NCBI GenBank assembly: GCA_963823335.1
Contig: CAWGLD010000001.1
Location: 1,728,001 to 1,792,000, forward strand
DNA: 64,000 bases
Origin: an uncultured delta proteobacterium
GTDB lineage: Bacteria > Desulfobacterota > Desulfobacteria > Desulfobacterales > B30-G6
Reading direction: 5' to 3'
Shown: positions 33,466 to 43,564 of the stretch, piece by piece
Numbering within the stretch: position 1 is the stretch's first letter
Layout: every line of letters starts with the position of its first letter
Made by a program: the position numbers and the translations under genes
Notes under the pieces: generated by a model
What the model saw: only the letters and a program-made list of their open reading frames with translations
What the model was told of the DNA's origin: nothing
The model's database searches: none

Positions 33466-33666
33466 CTAACATTTCAAATTGTCCACCACCTGGCGGACAT
33501 CACTTAAACATCATTTTCCTTTCAGGCTTTTGGTGGAACACTGACAATTTCCAAACCTTTTCTCCATTTTAATCTTTTCCATTATCGTGGACATGCCATT
33601 TTCCAGATAGTCTTTTTGGATGTCAACTAAGGAGTACTCGAAACAGTAACAAATTAAATCGTTCAC
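33466..33666 (-). CDS. Probable selenoprotein: small BFD/CopZ-N-terminal-like Fe-S/metal-binding protein (66 aa, Sec at TGA 33513-33511)
   Basis: LICYCF...CQCSTKSLKGK-U-CLSDVRQVV; hairpin TGTCCGCC-AGGT-GGTGGACA 11 nt after UGA; GTG start after GAAGGA. Confidence 0.8.
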
Positions 33667-33707
33667 AATATGGTCCTTCAAAATATGCTTTTCCAAGATG
33701 TTGATAG

Positions 33708-33872
33708 ATGGAGAGAAGTCCAGTTATCAATTTTGATGTAAATTTTACCGATACCATACGGTTATGTCAATCGTGCACCGGAAAGCCCCATGAGTACAAT
33801 AAACGACCGACTGTCATTATATTCGCACATCGTTACTTTTTAGGCCACCTGATATCTACCGTTTTGTTGGAG
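33708..33872 (+). repeat. TGGAG-bounded spacer, type A (165 bp)
   Basis: ATGGAGAGAAGTCCAGTTATCAA...TGATATCTACCGTTTTGTTGGAG. Confidence 0.9.
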
Positions 33873-34037
33873 TCATCGGCAATGGCCAGTTGGAGACTTA
33901 TGCCAGTAATCTTTAAAAAATGATAGATAGCAAGACACCCATATATGGTATGATAGCCTTTTTAGAGGTTTCCCGTTTCGTTAATGTGTTGGAATCGGGA
34001 CTTCGCCCGGAGCAAAGTTCGGGTTACACCCAGCTTG

Positions 34038-35084
34038 TCATGCCGCCGGTCTTTTATCCGTAACTTTTGAGATGAAATCAACCTGCATTCTCACGACCTT
34101 ATCAAACCATTCACCCTCGTATATCTCGAAGTGGTCAATTGGTAGCGTATGGAATATGCCCAGGTTACCTGTTACCTCCGCAATTTTGACGTGAGAATTT
34201 GGTGCAACGATCTGGTCGTTCTCACATTGGAAAAAGACCATGGGACAGGTGACCCTTTTGGCAGCCTCAATGATATTTGGACCATGTGGCTCCACGATTG
34301 TGCGAGCAACGATTTCGTTGCGGAACAATTTTGAGCTTTTCACCAGTCGAGCATATCCTTCGTATGCCCCAGGCACATTGAGAATCGCTGTAGTTCCTGG
34401 AACGCCAATAGCTGGCAACATGTGGGGAGAAAGACCAAATCGAGAGCGCCCCTTATCGCGCTGAGCATGTATCAAAAGTTTGAGCATCCAAGCGATACCA
34501 ACCTGTTTAAGGACATGCTTCCCATCGACTCGATGATCCAGCGAAGAACATTGGCCGATCACACCGGCAATTCTGTGGTCCTCGGCTGCCAGCGCAATGC
34601 CGTAGTTACCCCCTGCCGATGTCCCCCAAACAACGATTTTGTCTGGGTCGATCTCTTTAAGTGAGCGCAGGTGAACTATCGCTCCACGGGCATCCTCAAT
34701 CTGCTTGCGAACAGAATAGAGTTGTCTTGGCTCCCCATCACTTTCACCGAAATGTCGATAGTCAAAGGAAAAGGCTGCAAACCCGGCCTCTACGAAGCGG
34801 AGTGCGTATTGCTCTATAATCATATCTTTCGTACCACAAAACCCCGTGTTGAGTAGGATACACGGGACTTTGACGGTGGTTTCCTCTGGAATATACAACC
34901 ACCCGCTAAGTGCAAGACCGTTAACCTCGAAAGTAACATTCCGTCGGCACGGCGGCGTGGAATACTTAGAAGTAATCTGCGGCATCGGCTGTCTCTTCAC
35001 CCGCAAGATGGGAAACATAATGATAACTATTAGATAAGTAGCGATTAACACAATTAAGGAACCAAGGATTTTTATCGCGATCAT
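34038..35084 (-). CDS. Membrane-anchored alpha/beta hydrolase
   Basis: N-terminal TM, FDYRHFGESDGEPR, WGTSAGG, DHF. Confidence 0.88.
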   Translation of the reverse strand: MIAIKILGSLIVLIATYLIVIIMFPILRVKRQPMPQITSKYSTPPCRRNVTFEVNGLALSGWLYIPEETTVKVPCILLNTGFCGTKDMIIEQYALRFVEAGFAAFSFDYRHFGESDGEPRQLYSVRKQIEDARGAIVHLRSLKEIDPDKIVVWGTSAGGNYGIALAAEDHRIAGVIGQCSSLDHRVDGKHVLKQVGIAWMLKLLIHAQRDKGRSRFGLSPHMLPAIGVPGTTAILNVPGAYEGYARLVKSSKLFRNEIVARTIVEPHGPNIIEAAKRVTCPMVFFQCENDQIVAPNSHVKIAEVTGNLGIFHTLPIDHFEIYEGEWFDKVVRMQVDFISKVTDKRPAA

Positions 35085-35329
35085 GCGGCAGATCCTTTCT
35101 CAACAACATAGTGGAGCAAGGTTGGTTAAAGAAAATGCTTCTGTTCACTGGTGTCCGCTCATAACTATTTTAATGAAAACAATCATACATGCATAAATGT
35201 ATAAGGAAAAATGTTGATGAAGATAATCACCCGTCATACAAAATTGCTGATGCCATATCTTGGGGTCAAAGAAAATAATGCATAACTCAACATTTCGCTA
35301 ATAAGCCTTCAAACCGGAAACTGCGATTG

Positions 35330-35496
35330 ATGGAGAGATGTCCAGTTATCAAGCTCAACCAAATTATTAGCGATACCATCTGGTTATCCCCACGGTATCA
35401 CGGAGGAGCCTATGAATACAAGATACAGTCTGTTGTGATAATTTTTTTGCACACCGGTAAAATTTAAGGCGCTTGATATCTACCGTTTTGTTGGAG
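35330..35496 (+). repeat. TGGAG-bounded spacer, type A (167 bp)
   Basis: ATGGAGAGATGTCCAGTTATCAA...TGATATCTACCGTTTTGTTGGAG. Confidence 0.9.
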
Positions 35497-35578
35497 CAAT
35501 CTGTAATGCACAATAAGAATGCAGGGCCATTTCAGAACTGATCGATTCCTACGGATCATCACACTCCTAAATAACAAC

Positions 35579-35635
35579 TTGACAACAAGCGTATGAAACC
35601 ATATATTAACTCTAACGTGGATATTGGTTATCCAC
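35579..35635 (+). promoter_or_regulatory. Sigma70 promoter plus palindromic operator (probably for the adjacent Rrf2 regulator)
   Basis: TTGACA-N17-TATATT then GTGGATA-N5-TATCCAC at 35617-35635. Confidence 0.65.
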
Positions 35636-35670
35636 ATAAGTGATATTGCATAAAATTTTGGAGGATCATT

Positions 35671-36042
35671 ATGTTTGACGAAACGTTTATGACGGTTGTT
35701 AGTAAAGAGGGTGTTGTTTCCATAGTATCATGTTCCGATAACGAAGCTCATGTAGTGAATACATGGAATTCTTACTTGGCTTTCCCTGGAGAGGACCGAA
35801 TGCTTATCCCAGTGTTTGGAATGAGAAAGACCCAGAAGAAAGTTGAGAAAAACCCCAACGTATTGCTTACTTTAGGCACTAAAGAGGTCGAAGGAAAAAT
35901 GGGGCCAGGCACCGGGTATCTTATCAAGGGAACAGCGAAATTCATGAAATTCGGCCCGGAATTTGATATGATGAAGCAAAATTTCTCTTGGGCTAATCGT
36001 GTTCTTGAAGTAACAGTTTCATCTGTAAAACAGACGATTTAG
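35671..36042 (+). CDS. FMN-binding split-barrel protein
   Basis: HVVNTWNSY, LTLGTKEVEG..GPGTGYLIKGTA. Confidence 0.85.
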   Translation: MFDETFMTVVSKEGVVSIVSCSDNEAHVVNTWNSYLAFPGEDRMLIPVFGMRKTQKKVEKNPNVLLTLGTKEVEGKMGPGTGYLIKGTAKFMKFGPEFDMMKQNFSWANRVLEVTVSSVKQTI

Positions 36043-36266
36043 GCTTACATTTCCCTTGTCTTTACGCAGAGCGACTCCTCCTGATCATTAATGCTTGAAA
36101 AGAGGATCTAAGCAGCGTGTATTCGTAGGTAGTCGCTCTAAGCAATAATTCATGTCCGGGAAGACAACCTTTACGTTTACATTTTGTAATTACTATCCTG
36201 TTACTGAAACTGATATAAGAAATGTAAGGTAATAAGAGTCATTCCCTTTTGGTATAGGAGGGTCCA

Positions 36267-36755
36267 ATGCAGTTCAGTGTTGGAGTTGAGTACGCATTTC
36301 ATTCGTTGTTTTATATGGTTGATCTTCCTGAAGATAAGACTGTTGGTATCAAGAAAATAGCGGAATTAAATGCAATCTCAGAAACTTACCTATCAAAATC
36401 TTTCGCTAAACTGAGAAAGTTCGGTATCGTTCGGTCAATACCCGGAGTTAAAGGTGGCTATGAGTTAGCTAAACCTGCAGAGGATATTTCTTTTTGGGAT
36501 ATCATTGAAGCTATCGAAGGTCCCTCTTACTTTTTTCAGTGCGCTGAAATACGAAAAAAGAATATTTTTGTGGATGACCCTTCTGTGTTTACATCTGAGT
36601 GTCCTTGCCTGATAAAAGTGGTGATACAGGAAGCGGAGGAGTTGTTTCGTAATAGGTTAAAAACCAGGTCTCTACGTTGGTTATATGATCAAGTACACAA
36701 TGATTTTTCAGAGGAGAAAAAAAAGGCCATAACTGAATGGATTGATTCAATCTGA
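36267..36755 (+). CDS. Rrf2 family transcriptional regulator
   Basis: SVGVEYA, YLSK, GVKGGYELA, FQCAEIR, CPCLI. Confidence 0.92.
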   Translation: MQFSVGVEYAFHSLFYMVDLPEDKTVGIKKIAELNAISETYLSKSFAKLRKFGIVRSIPGVKGGYELAKPAEDISFWDIIEAIEGPSYFFQCAEIRKKNIFVDDPSVFTSECPCLIKVVIQEAEELFRNRLKTRSLRWLYDQVHNDFSEEKKKAITEWIDSI

Positions 36756-36880
36756 TTTTATCCAGTAAGTGTTGAATATGAATACCTTGGGCAGTAGCCA
36801 ATTTAGTACCCACCAAGGATGCGGCTCAATTTAAGATATCATTGCTGATTCTGAAATTATCGGAGAATCCTCTGCACTGG

Positions 36881-36909
36881 TGATGAATGGAGAGAAATCA
36901 AGAATATCA
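36881..36909 (+). repeat. TGGAG spacer left-end motif
   Basis: TGATGAATGGAGAGAAATCAAGAATATCA. Confidence 0.7.
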
Positions 36910-36965
36910 GTCTACCAGCACCAGGGCCAACGCTATCGTCAACGTCAAAGTCAAAGTCACCACCA

Positions 36966-37084
36966 TTGAACCGAAAAAGCGAGCGCATTCCCCGTAGCTT
37001 GCTGCGGGGTTAGCGAGCGAATCTAGATTAGACAGAATTCCTTACGGTCGAAGATTCCTCGTAGCTTGCTGCGAGGTTCTTCAA
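36966..37084 (+). mobile_element. Longest copy (119 bp) of a palindrome-bearing non-autonomous element (IS200/IS605-end-like)
   Basis: TTGAA...TTCAA ends; two ATTCC(C/T)CGTAGCTTGCTGCG(G/A)GG hairpins; about 9 copies in window. Confidence 0.7.
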
Positions 37085-37168
37085 TAGAGGGACATTTTTA
37101 CTAGTCCAGACCACCTTACCGCTGTTATTAATCTGCGGATCTTGATCATCATAGTCGTTGTCGGTTAA

Positions 37169-38797
37169 TTATCCTAAAATGGCTTTAAGATCCTCTTCAG
37201 CTGATGAGATCGGTTTAATTTCAAAATTATCTACAAGAGTTTGCAGAACATTCGGGGTAATAAAGGCTGGTAGAGAAGGCCCTAAGCGGATATCTTTAAT
37301 GCCAAGATGAAGCAGTGCCAGTAAAACGCAAACAGCTTTTTGCTCATACCAGGAAATAATCATAGAAAGCGGCAATTCATTGACCCCAACACCAAATGCG
37401 TTTGAAAGCGCAAGGGCAATTTGAACAGCTGAATAGGCATCATTGCACTGCCCGGCATCTAAAAGACGAGGTATGCCGCCGATATCGCCTAGATCCTGGT
37501 CAAAGAAGCGGTATTTACCGCAGGCAAGGGTCAAGACAATGCAATTCTTGGGCACTTTTTCAACAAACTCAGTGTAGTAATTTCGGCCGGGTTTGGCACC
37601 ATCACAACCAGCTACCAGAAAGAAATGTTTTATATCACCTGATTTAACGGCTTCGATGATCTTGTCGGCAACGCCCAGAACGGCATTGCGGGCAAAACCG
37701 ACAGTTACCTCCTGTGTGACATGATCTTCCCCAAAACCTGGAAGCTCTAAAGCCCTATCAATAACCGGCTGAAAATTAAGGTCCGGGATATGAGGTATGC
37801 CCGGCCAGCCAACCATGCCGCTAGTAAATAGGTTTTCTTTATAGTCATTTTTAGGCCGCTGGATACAATTGGTGGTCATCAAAATGGCACCCGGAAAATC
37901 AGAAAATTCTTTCGTCTGTTTTTGCCAGGCCGTACCGAATTGACCGTAGAAATGTGGATATGCCTTTAACTTGGGGTAGCCATGCGTCGAGAGCATCTCG
38001 CCGTGGGAGTAGATGTTAATATCTTTTCCTTCTGTTTGTTTTAAAAGTGCCTCAAGATCGTTCATATCGTGTCCTGAGACAAGAATGGCTTTTCCCTTCT
38101 TATACCCCAGCGGAACCTTTGTCGGTACAGGATGACCAAATTTTTCTGTATTGCCTGCATCAAGAAGCTCCATGGCTTTATAGGCGGCCTCCCCACATCT
38201 GAGTGCCATCTGGACCCAGTCTTCAACGCTAAGGTCATCGCCCTGAATAGCGGCCAGCCCCTCATGCACATATGCGTAAACACTTTCATCTTCCTGCCCT
38301 AAAATCAGCGCATGGTCCGTGTAAGCACTAACGCCCTTAATTCCATAGAGCACTGTATGTTTTAAGGATAGGATATCCGGATTTTCACCTGGATACGATT
38401 TTATTCCGACTTGTTCCCCTTGTTTCACCAACTCTTCCAAGCCGGTTTTTGCTTGGAAAACGGCAGGTCCGTCAGGCCATCCATTATTACCGCCGGCAGC
38501 CTCAACTTGTGTTTTTAATTTTTCACGCAACCTAATGGATTGCTGGATCAAATCCACAAATCGATCAGGGTCAAAATCAACATTTGTCAGGGTGGAGAAG
38601 GCTGCCTTGACCGTGAAAACGTTTACATCACTGTCTGAGACACCAACTTTTCGCCCTTCCACGGCAACTTGTGACAGTCCCATTAATGAATAAAGAAGCA
38701 GATCCTGCAAAGCTGCGATTTCCGGTAATTTTCCACAAACGCCCTGTACGGTGCAACCTGTCCCCTTAGCGGTTTGTTCACACTGGTAACAAAACAT
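37169..38797 (-). CDS. hcp: Hybrid cluster protein (hydroxylamine/NO reductase)
   Basis: MFCYQCEQT..GC...GVCGK, SGHD, TTNC, GCDG, GQCND, SWYEQKA. Confidence 0.97.
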   Translation of the reverse strand: MFCYQCEQTAKGTGCTVQGVCGKLPEIAALQDLLLYSLMGLSQVAVEGRKVGVSDSDVNVFTVKAAFSTLTNVDFDPDRFVDLIQQSIRLREKLKTQVEAAGGNNGWPDGPAVFQAKTGLEELVKQGEQVGIKSYPGENPDILSLKHTVLYGIKGVSAYTDHALILGQEDESVYAYVHEGLAAIQGDDLSVEDWVQMALRCGEAAYKAMELLDAGNTEKFGHPVPTKVPLGYKKGKAILVSGHDMNDLEALLKQTEGKDINIYSHGEMLSTHGYPKLKAYPHFYGQFGTAWQKQTKEFSDFPGAILMTTNCIQRPKNDYKENLFTSGMVGWPGIPHIPDLNFQPVIDRALELPGFGEDHVTQEVTVGFARNAVLGVADKIIEAVKSGDIKHFFLVAGCDGAKPGRNYYTEFVEKVPKNCIVLTLACGKYRFFDQDLGDIGGIPRLLDAGQCNDAYSAVQIALALSNAFGVGVNELPLSMIISWYEQKAVCVLLALLHLGIKDIRLGPSLPAFITPNVLQTLVDNFEIKPISSAEEDLKAILG

Positions 38798-39112
38798 AGC
38801 GGCTCTCCTTGTTAGCTTTTTGAATATTTAAGAATTGGAACTCATTAGATTTATGATTTCTTGCATTATGGTTAAGTATTCTCGAACTCAAGAATAGTGA
38901 TGCTATTGTGAAGATCAAAAGAGAAATGATCAGACGTGTCGAGATGTGTTTGAAAATCAGAGCAGGTACAAGCCTGATTCATGATTTAAGATACAATATC
39001 AGGAAATTATTGAAACCACAAGATATGGTTATTTTAAGATCGATGCAGAAGATGTGATATGCTCGGAAATGTCGGCTGAAAACCAAATATCAACCCGGTG
39101 ATGATACATGGA

Positions 39113-39420
39113 GAGACTGTCGAAAAAGCTTTTATGACAAACCAGGCTATCTCTCATATTCAGATCATACCACTTTTAGCGACTTGAGCCTATCAATCTC
39201 CCAATTCAGTCTATGCGAAACCATAATTGGCCACTTTTTCTATGTTGTGGACCATACAATAAAGCAGCCACTGGATATTTACTTTCACCTTACCTCTTAA
39301 GTTAAACTTGTCCATTCGTTTTTGAGTCCGAATGTTGGCAAACACAGGTTCAACGATTGCGATCCGTCGGGGATAGATCTTACGCCCTTTTTCTGAGTCG
39401 ATCTTTTTGATGTAGTCCAA
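39113..39420 (-). mobile_element. IS1182-family transposase 3' remnant with terminal repeat
   Basis: KIDSEKGRKIY.RR..IVEPVFANI....F.LRGK.KV..QW.LYCMVHNIEK; end GAGACTGTCGAAAAA abuts ATGGAG at 39108. Confidence 0.75.
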
Positions 39421-39572
39421 ATTAGGAGATCTTTTCAATTTGAGGTTAATTGCTAAGAGTTGATAACACGAAAACACAACTTTTCCAGAATAGGACTTGT
39501 ATTACGCGTAATGATGGTGCCACAGGTTTGTCTAACCCGCTGATAAGACATCGCAGGTATTAAAGCGGTATA

Positions 39573-41117
39573 TTAGTAATTTTCATAAGATTTTTTTAAT
39601 ATTTCAATAGGATGCTGAACCGGGTAGTTACTCATTTGGTTGAATTGTAGTCGGCAACTTAAGCAATCAGTGATCAGATAGTTTGGATCCAATTGTCTAA
39701 CTTTTGCCATCAATCGGCTACCCATTTGTATGGAAGTTTTATGAAAATCATGTTTGAAACCCATGATCCCTGCAATGCCGCAACAGTAAAAAGTGCTCTG
39801 GAAAGTCTCCACCGAGATATCAGGAATCTGGGCTAATAGGTCCAGATAGGGCATGCCCACACCCTGTTCCCTTAAGTGGCAAGGCGGATAATAGACCATC
39901 TGCCCAAGGACTGGTCCCAACTTGGTGTCCAATTTACCTCTACGATATAAATCTAATAGGTATTCTCCAAGGTCATAGGTGTTTTCTGCGACTTTGATTC
40001 GTTTCAACGGATCTATAACCGAGAAATATCCATTGTCTTTTAGGATTTCTCCATAGATGGATTTATCGAGTACGCGATGCTCTGCCATTTTACAAGAGCC
40101 ATTTAATGCATATTCAAAGTTCACGGTTTCCTGCGTTTTATTGTTCTTGCCGAGCGCTGCTTTACTTCCAGCGGATACTTTGGATTTATCAATACTGCTC
40201 CCTTTGAATGGTACTTTTTCTGGGATTTTCATATGCCGATCGTCGCCACCGGCAAGATCCTGGTATTCATTTGAGTAGTATGCACACTCCCGGAGTGCGT
40301 ATTTCAACATATAGCCGCAAGTGGGACAAGAGCAGACTACATCATACCCCCCTTCCACCACCTCTGCCAGTTGCGTTATCGTTCGCTCTGCAAACGTCAA
40401 TGTCAACTTTCTGTCACCTTCGAGCATACTCGGCATTCCGCAGCAATTCTGTTCCGGATAATAGACACTAATATCGTTTCTCTCGAGAATTTCGATGGCA
40501 GCTTTGGGGACGTCCGGGAATAAATACCGGGCAGTACAACCTGCAAAGTAGGCTACTTTGCGCCCCTTTTTCGATTGGGGCTTTTCATCCAACTTACGAC
40601 GTTTAGCCCATGACGGAAAATTCTCTTTCGGGAAAATCGGAAGCTTGCGTTTAGGGTTTATTCCTGCAATCCTTTTAATAAAACGACTCGTATGTTTGTT
40701 TTGAAGGAAAAAATTGGATATCTGGGGAATGGCACCACACAACTTCCCCACTCGCTCCACATCTTCAAGAGTTCGGATGTATAAATCGAGTCCATCCCTA
40801 TCTATAAAAAGAGTTTTAGCGGTGATAATATCCTCACGGATATTAGGACAAGGGCATAATGCGCAGTAGTTGCATAAATCTGCAACATGCCGCAATTCCT
40901 GGGAAGTAATCTGTTCACCAGTTTCTTTTTCCCTGTCCCACAGTTTGTATATCTCTGGAAATAATAAGCAACTGGTGTCCATAATGTGCCGGCAACAATC
41001 ACAATCCGTGCAGGCGTCAACGACCTTCCTCATCATGTGTTCCGCATTATCCATCTCACTTGTAGATAAGAACTTGCTATTTGGCATGCTGTGTATCCTG
41101 AATCTCGATTTGTACAC
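39573..41117 (-). CDS. Fe-S oxidoreductase with CCG domains (GlpC/Hdr-related)
   Basis: CTDCDCC, CNYCALC, YFAGC, CCGMP, YYPPCH, CCGIAG, DCLSC. Confidence 0.85.
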   Translation of the reverse strand: MYKSRFRIHSMPNSKFLSTSEMDNAEHMMRKVVDACTDCDCCRHIMDTSCLLFPEIYKLWDREKETGEQITSQELRHVADLCNYCALCPCPNIREDIITAKTLFIDRDGLDLYIRTLEDVERVGKLCGAIPQISNFFLQNKHTSRFIKRIAGINPKRKLPIFPKENFPSWAKRRKLDEKPQSKKGRKVAYFAGCTARYLFPDVPKAAIEILERNDISVYYPEQNCCGMPSMLEGDRKLTLTFAERTITQLAEVVEGGYDVVCSCPTCGYMLKYALRECAYYSNEYQDLAGGDDRHMKIPEKVPFKGSSIDKSKVSAGSKAALGKNNKTQETVNFEYALNGSCKMAEHRVLDKSIYGEILKDNGYFSVIDPLKRIKVAENTYDLGEYLLDLYRRGKLDTKLGPVLGQMVYYPPCHLREQGVGMPYLDLLAQIPDISVETFQSTFYCCGIAGIMGFKHDFHKTSIQMGSRLMAKVRQLDPNYLITDCLSCRLQFNQMSNYPVQHPIEILKKSYENY

Positions 41118-41219
41118 CTAACTACATACTTGATAAGAACCATTTAACCTTTCACGATTTCATGGCTCCTCAAAACATGTGCTCTATAAATGAAATCACA
41201 ACTGAAAGCCATTCAATTC

Positions 41220-41290
41220 CCTGTACAGATATAGCATTTCTGACAAAAATGCAAAAAAGGGCAAATCCATCTAAATGGTATTGCCCTTTA
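41220..41290 (+). repeat. Internal part of type B spacer with terminator-like hairpin
   Basis: TACAGATATAGCATTTCTGACAAAAATGCAAAAAAGGGCAAA...TTGCCCTT. Confidence 0.65.
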
Positions 41291-41466
41291 CGATTCAAAT
41301 CACAAGAAATTATATGCTCAAAAAATATTAATATTTCTTGGATTATGTCAACTGAGTTATAAGGTAGTTACATGAATTGACGAAATGGGTCAAGAACTCA
41401 TCGATTTTATTGGTGGTGACTTTTGATACCCTGTTTGAAAGCCAAGTATCACTGTAATACCGATAT

Positions 41467-41705
41467 ATGGAGAGATCCTAAGGTTATCACCCCGCCAAAA
41501 AACTTGCGATAACATCACATTTTGGGCTGAAAATAGCCTGGAACGCTATTACTGATACCATTTTTCTTACAATTATGCAAAAAAGGGAAAACCGCTGAAA
41601 CGGTTCTCCCTAATGATAACATAAAAATACAAGTCGCTTAAAAACGGCTATGGTGGTGATGTGCTATAAAACCTGAAAATGTCGTTAAATACCGATGAGT
41701 TGGAG
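41467..41705 (+). repeat. TGGAG-bounded spacer, type B (239 bp)
   Basis: ATGGAGAGATCCTAAGGTTATCAC...TTCTTACAA.TATGCAAAAAAGGG hairpin...AAAACCTG...GTTGGAG. Confidence 0.8.
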
Positions 41706-41712
41706 TAATCTG

Positions 41713-43332
41713 CTATTCAAATGTCAGGCTCTCAACTACTGACGCAATTTTTTCTGGGTTTCGTCCGGTGTGGATAACAAGATAAACACATTTATTATCT
41801 CTGTATGAAGATACGACCAGCGATGTCAATTTAATATAATCGTAATATGTCCATTTGATATCTGTCCTATATGCGCGTGAGCCACAATTCAAAGTTATTT
41901 CCTTATTGGCTATAACCTCAGCATCAGAACCTATGATTTGAAGATATTCCATATAAAATTTTGGTCCGAAATCCTCTAATTTGAGCTTATCCGGAATGGC
42001 AATTACAGATGCTTCAAAATTTGCCCTGTTTGGTGTTTTCATTCTCATTATTTGTCCCGGAGAAGTGACACTTTGCTTTTCGCTCCCAATAGGATACTCA
42101 AACATAAATTTTGGAGATTTCGCTCGCCTGAATATACCGTCCTTTGCTATACCCTCTTCTCTGGATAACCAGACAAAACCATCTGAAAAAGAAGTGGACA
42201 CGCTTTTTACCAATTGATCAAGTCTTTCGGCTTCTCTCGTATTTGCTGGCAACGACTCAGAAGATACAACTGCAGGAAATATATATTTCTTCGTTAATTC
42301 AAGCGGAAGAGAAGTTTTCCCGACGGGTAAGTCAGCGGTAAATACCACAACCATATTCATCTCCGCTGCCACCATAATATACTGACCATTAGAGCCGATA
42401 GCAGAATAATTGCCGTCATCATCCACCCACCATTGATACCCGTATTGCACAGCTGGTTTAGCTTCAATATGTCCACGCGTTGATTTTTCTACCCAAGAAC
42501 TCGATACAAGTTGCTTCTTCTCCCACCTTCCCTTATTGAGGTAAAGCCATCCAATTTTGGCCATGTCATGGGGTTTTAACCACATCCGACCATATCCAAC
42601 ATCAATACCCTGCGGGCTTTTTTCCCAATCAATTTCTGAAATACCAAGGGGAGTGAATAGATTCTTTTCAGCAAATTCTCTGGTTTTCATTTTCGTTGTA
42701 GTGTTGATGATTACCGATAAAAGATGTGATAAGCCGTTGCAGTACACGTATTTACTACCTGGAGGACGGACCATCGGTAGATTAAGGACATGTTGCCCCC
42801 AATCACCGCTGCGCCTCATTTCGAATAATCCTTTCCAATTGTAATGATGAGAGTCCCTGCAATCTAAACCAGAAGCCATAATCAACAAGTGCTCAAGTGT
42901 AATTGACCTTTTATTGCCACCTAAGCTATCAATTATATTATGCGGTAATAATTCAACAATAGGTTGATCGACACTTTTTATATACCCTCTATCAATCGCT
43001 ATGCCTATCAGGATCGACATAATACTCTTTGTACAGGAACGAATGATGTGTCTCTGGCCTTTTGAAAATGGGTAAAAGTAGGCATCAAGAACCATGTAAC
43101 CATTGCGGATTATTGATATGCTATCTATGTTGTAACCTTTCATTTTTATCTCTTCAATCATATTGGCAAGCACTTGAGATTGCATGCCCTGTTCCTCAGG
43201 AGTGGAGGTCTGCCATCCATTTGCGGGGTAAGTGTTAACGGCTGCGGGCGAGAGTGAATAGGAAAATGTAGTAATCAAAAAAGCAAGAAGGGTGTAAAAT
43301 AAAATGTACCATTTATCTTGAATCAAATTCAT
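41713..43332 (-). CDS. Exported serine hydrolase (class C beta-lactamase-like family) with extra C-terminal domain
   Basis: SCTK, YCN, YGYQWW; signal-like N-terminus. Confidence 0.85.
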   Translation of the reverse strand: MNLIQDKWYILFYTLLAFLITTFSYSLSPAAVNTYPANGWQTSTPEEQGMQSQVLANMIEEIKMKGYNIDSISIIRNGYMVLDAYFYPFSKGQRHIIRSCTKSIMSILIGIAIDRGYIKSVDQPIVELLPHNIIDSLGGNKRSITLEHLLIMASGLDCRDSHHYNWKGLFEMRRSGDWGQHVLNLPMVRPPGSKYVYCNGLSHLLSVIINTTTKMKTREFAEKNLFTPLGISEIDWEKSPQGIDVGYGRMWLKPHDMAKIGWLYLNKGRWEKKQLVSSSWVEKSTRGHIEAKPAVQYGYQWWVDDDGNYSAIGSNGQYIMVAAEMNMVVVFTADLPVGKTSLPLELTKKYIFPAVVSSESLPANTREAERLDQLVKSVSTSFSDGFVWLSREEGIAKDGIFRRAKSPKFMFEYPIGSEKQSVTSPGQIMRMKTPNRANFEASVIAIPDKLKLEDFGPKFYMEYLQIIGSDAEVIANKEITLNCGSRAYRTDIKWTYYDYIKLTSLVVSSYRDNKCVYLVIHTGRNPEKIASVVESLTFE

Positions 43333-43370
43333 GGTTCCCCCTTGGGCAAATATTAGACGATTGCAGATAC

Positions 43371-43564
43371 ATGGATTCTGCAAATATTACTTCGCCCAGA
43401 TAACTGTGTCTTTCGAGCATATCTGCAATCTGAGTCCCCCACAATTCTATTACAGATATCCCATTTCTTACAAAAATACAAAAAAGGGGAAATTCAGCTG
43501 AACCGATCTTCCCCTTGATATGATAAAAAACCTGTAAACATCAAGAAACTGTCATGTGTTGGAG
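43371..43564 (+). repeat. TGGAG-bounded spacer, type B (194 bp)
   Basis: ATGGATTCTGCAAATATTAC...TACAGATATCCCATTTCTTACAAAAATACAAAAAAGGGG...AAAACCTG...GTTGGAG. Confidence 0.8.

Noticed and set aside
33708-33923. Spacers as peptide genes (ORFs starting at the ATGGAG motif, e.g. MERSPVI..., MENISTF...)
   Set aside because: Type A copies are open for 42 or more codons, but stops differ, the GCACA.CG box is kept in different frames, there is no RBS, and the 41467 copy stops after 4 codons. DNA-level conservation fits better, though a peptide is not fully excluded.
38800-39060. HcpR/Crp-type site upstream of hcp
   Set aside because: Only half-matches to TGTGA-N6-TCACA; not supportable.
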